Below are positions 63,261 to 64,000 of a stretch of 64,000 nt of DNA, piece by piece. The stretch is from NCBI GenBank assembly GCA_002633005.1, contig NMRA01000437.1, forward strand, positions 216,330 to 280,329, given 5' to 3'. Positions within the stretch are counted from its first letter, which is position 1; every line of letters starts with the position of its first letter. The position numbers and the translations under genes are program-made. This DNA comes from Phoronis australis. Taxonomy: Eukaryota; Animalia; Phoronida. The notes under the pieces were generated by a model. The model was not told the DNA's origin. It did not search any database and was given only the letters and a program-made list of their open reading frames with translations.

Positions 63261-63714
63261 GTACGTAACCATGACACAATGAATTGGGCGAGTCATTGCT
63301 GTTTGCCCAACTAGTACAATTACCGTTGGAGCTACGCCTGCCGTTGCCAAAGACGCTGCTGCTGTTTTTACTAATACATGTTGCACCAGATTGACTTCTG
63401 TAAACGGAAAGATTCTGGCAAAAATTTTTTTCTTTGCACAATGTTTATGTTTTTTGATATTTTACCATTTTGCCTAGTATACACAACAGTTGCGTCGTTG
63501 TACGATTTTCACTTTGCAGGCTTCACCTGTCTTTTTCACGTCCCGTATTTTTCGTATTTCAGTAAATTGTGGAAAGTGGGGAAGGTGGTCGAGTTGCGGA
63601 ACAGACTGCATACGGAAACGATATAGAACGTGTAGCCTTAAATACGAATACGGTAAGCAAGGTGTTATGAAGTCAAGAGGTACATTTAAATTGATATCGA
63701 TCGCTCCTTTCATA

Positions 63715-63854
63715 CCCCTCTTGCTGTCCCTCTTTCGCTTTCCTCCCTCCAGCCCTCTCTTCCTCCCTCCAGCCATCCCTCCCTCCAGCCGTCCCTCCAT
63801 CCTTGTCCCTCCCTCTCTCGCCCTAACTCCCTCCCTCCCTTTCTCCTTCCTCCC

Positions 63855-63885
<31 letters not shown>

Positions 63886-63886
63886 T
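63715..63886. repeat. Polypyrimidine CCTCC-rich tract ending in a (CT)n microsatellite, in intron 3 of the Ly6 gene
   Basis: Direct inspection. Confidence 0.9.
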
Positions 63887-63948
63887 TGATAATTGTACAC
63901 AGTATAAAATGTTCCCAAAATTTATCTAAGCCCACATTCTTGTTTCAG

Positions 63949-64000
63949 ATAGTAAGCATTTTGGTCGCACAAAGCGTTCATGGAGCTTTGACTATGGAGC
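63949..64000 (+). CDS. Secreted Ly6/three-finger precursor, exon 4, partial (DSKHFGRTKRSWSFDYG...), runs off the window
   Basis: ttcttgtttcag acceptor; the phase-1 join gives an open frame to the window end. Confidence 0.65.
   Translation, partial: MVSILVAQSVHGALTME

Noticed and set aside
63474-63935. 153-aa minus ORF rich in E/R/G
   Set aside because: Translation of the CT/CCTCC low-complexity intronic tract.

Overview
AT-rich, intron-rich invertebrate genomic DNA, probably spiralian. It is a heterozygous draft scaffold with single-N joins at 1842, 12517 and 39329 and a 714-N gap at 58388-59101. I reconstructed two spliced genes by hand. (1) A complete minus-strand tektin-3/5 gene (CDS 45795->31673, about 456 aa, divergent nonapeptide RLNVELCND). 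It has a diverged pair of tandem 86-nt exons that must be mutually exclusive, a probable 60-nt cassette exon, and RFX X-box-like motifs upstream. (2) A plus-strand secreted precursor running from 61123 off the right edge: signal peptide, hexa-Asp spacer, an amphipathic peptide ending RY-GRR (amidation signal), a 12-Cys Ly6/uPAR three-finger domain, then a furin site RTKR. The rest is mostly transposon debris: GC-rich MITEs with 5-bp target duplications, a gypsy integrase relic, an RNase-H-bearing non-LTR relic, a THAP relic, a Helentron-type element and a haplotype-polymorphic truncated LINE. No prokaryotic features, CRISPR arrays or structural RNA genes are supported.
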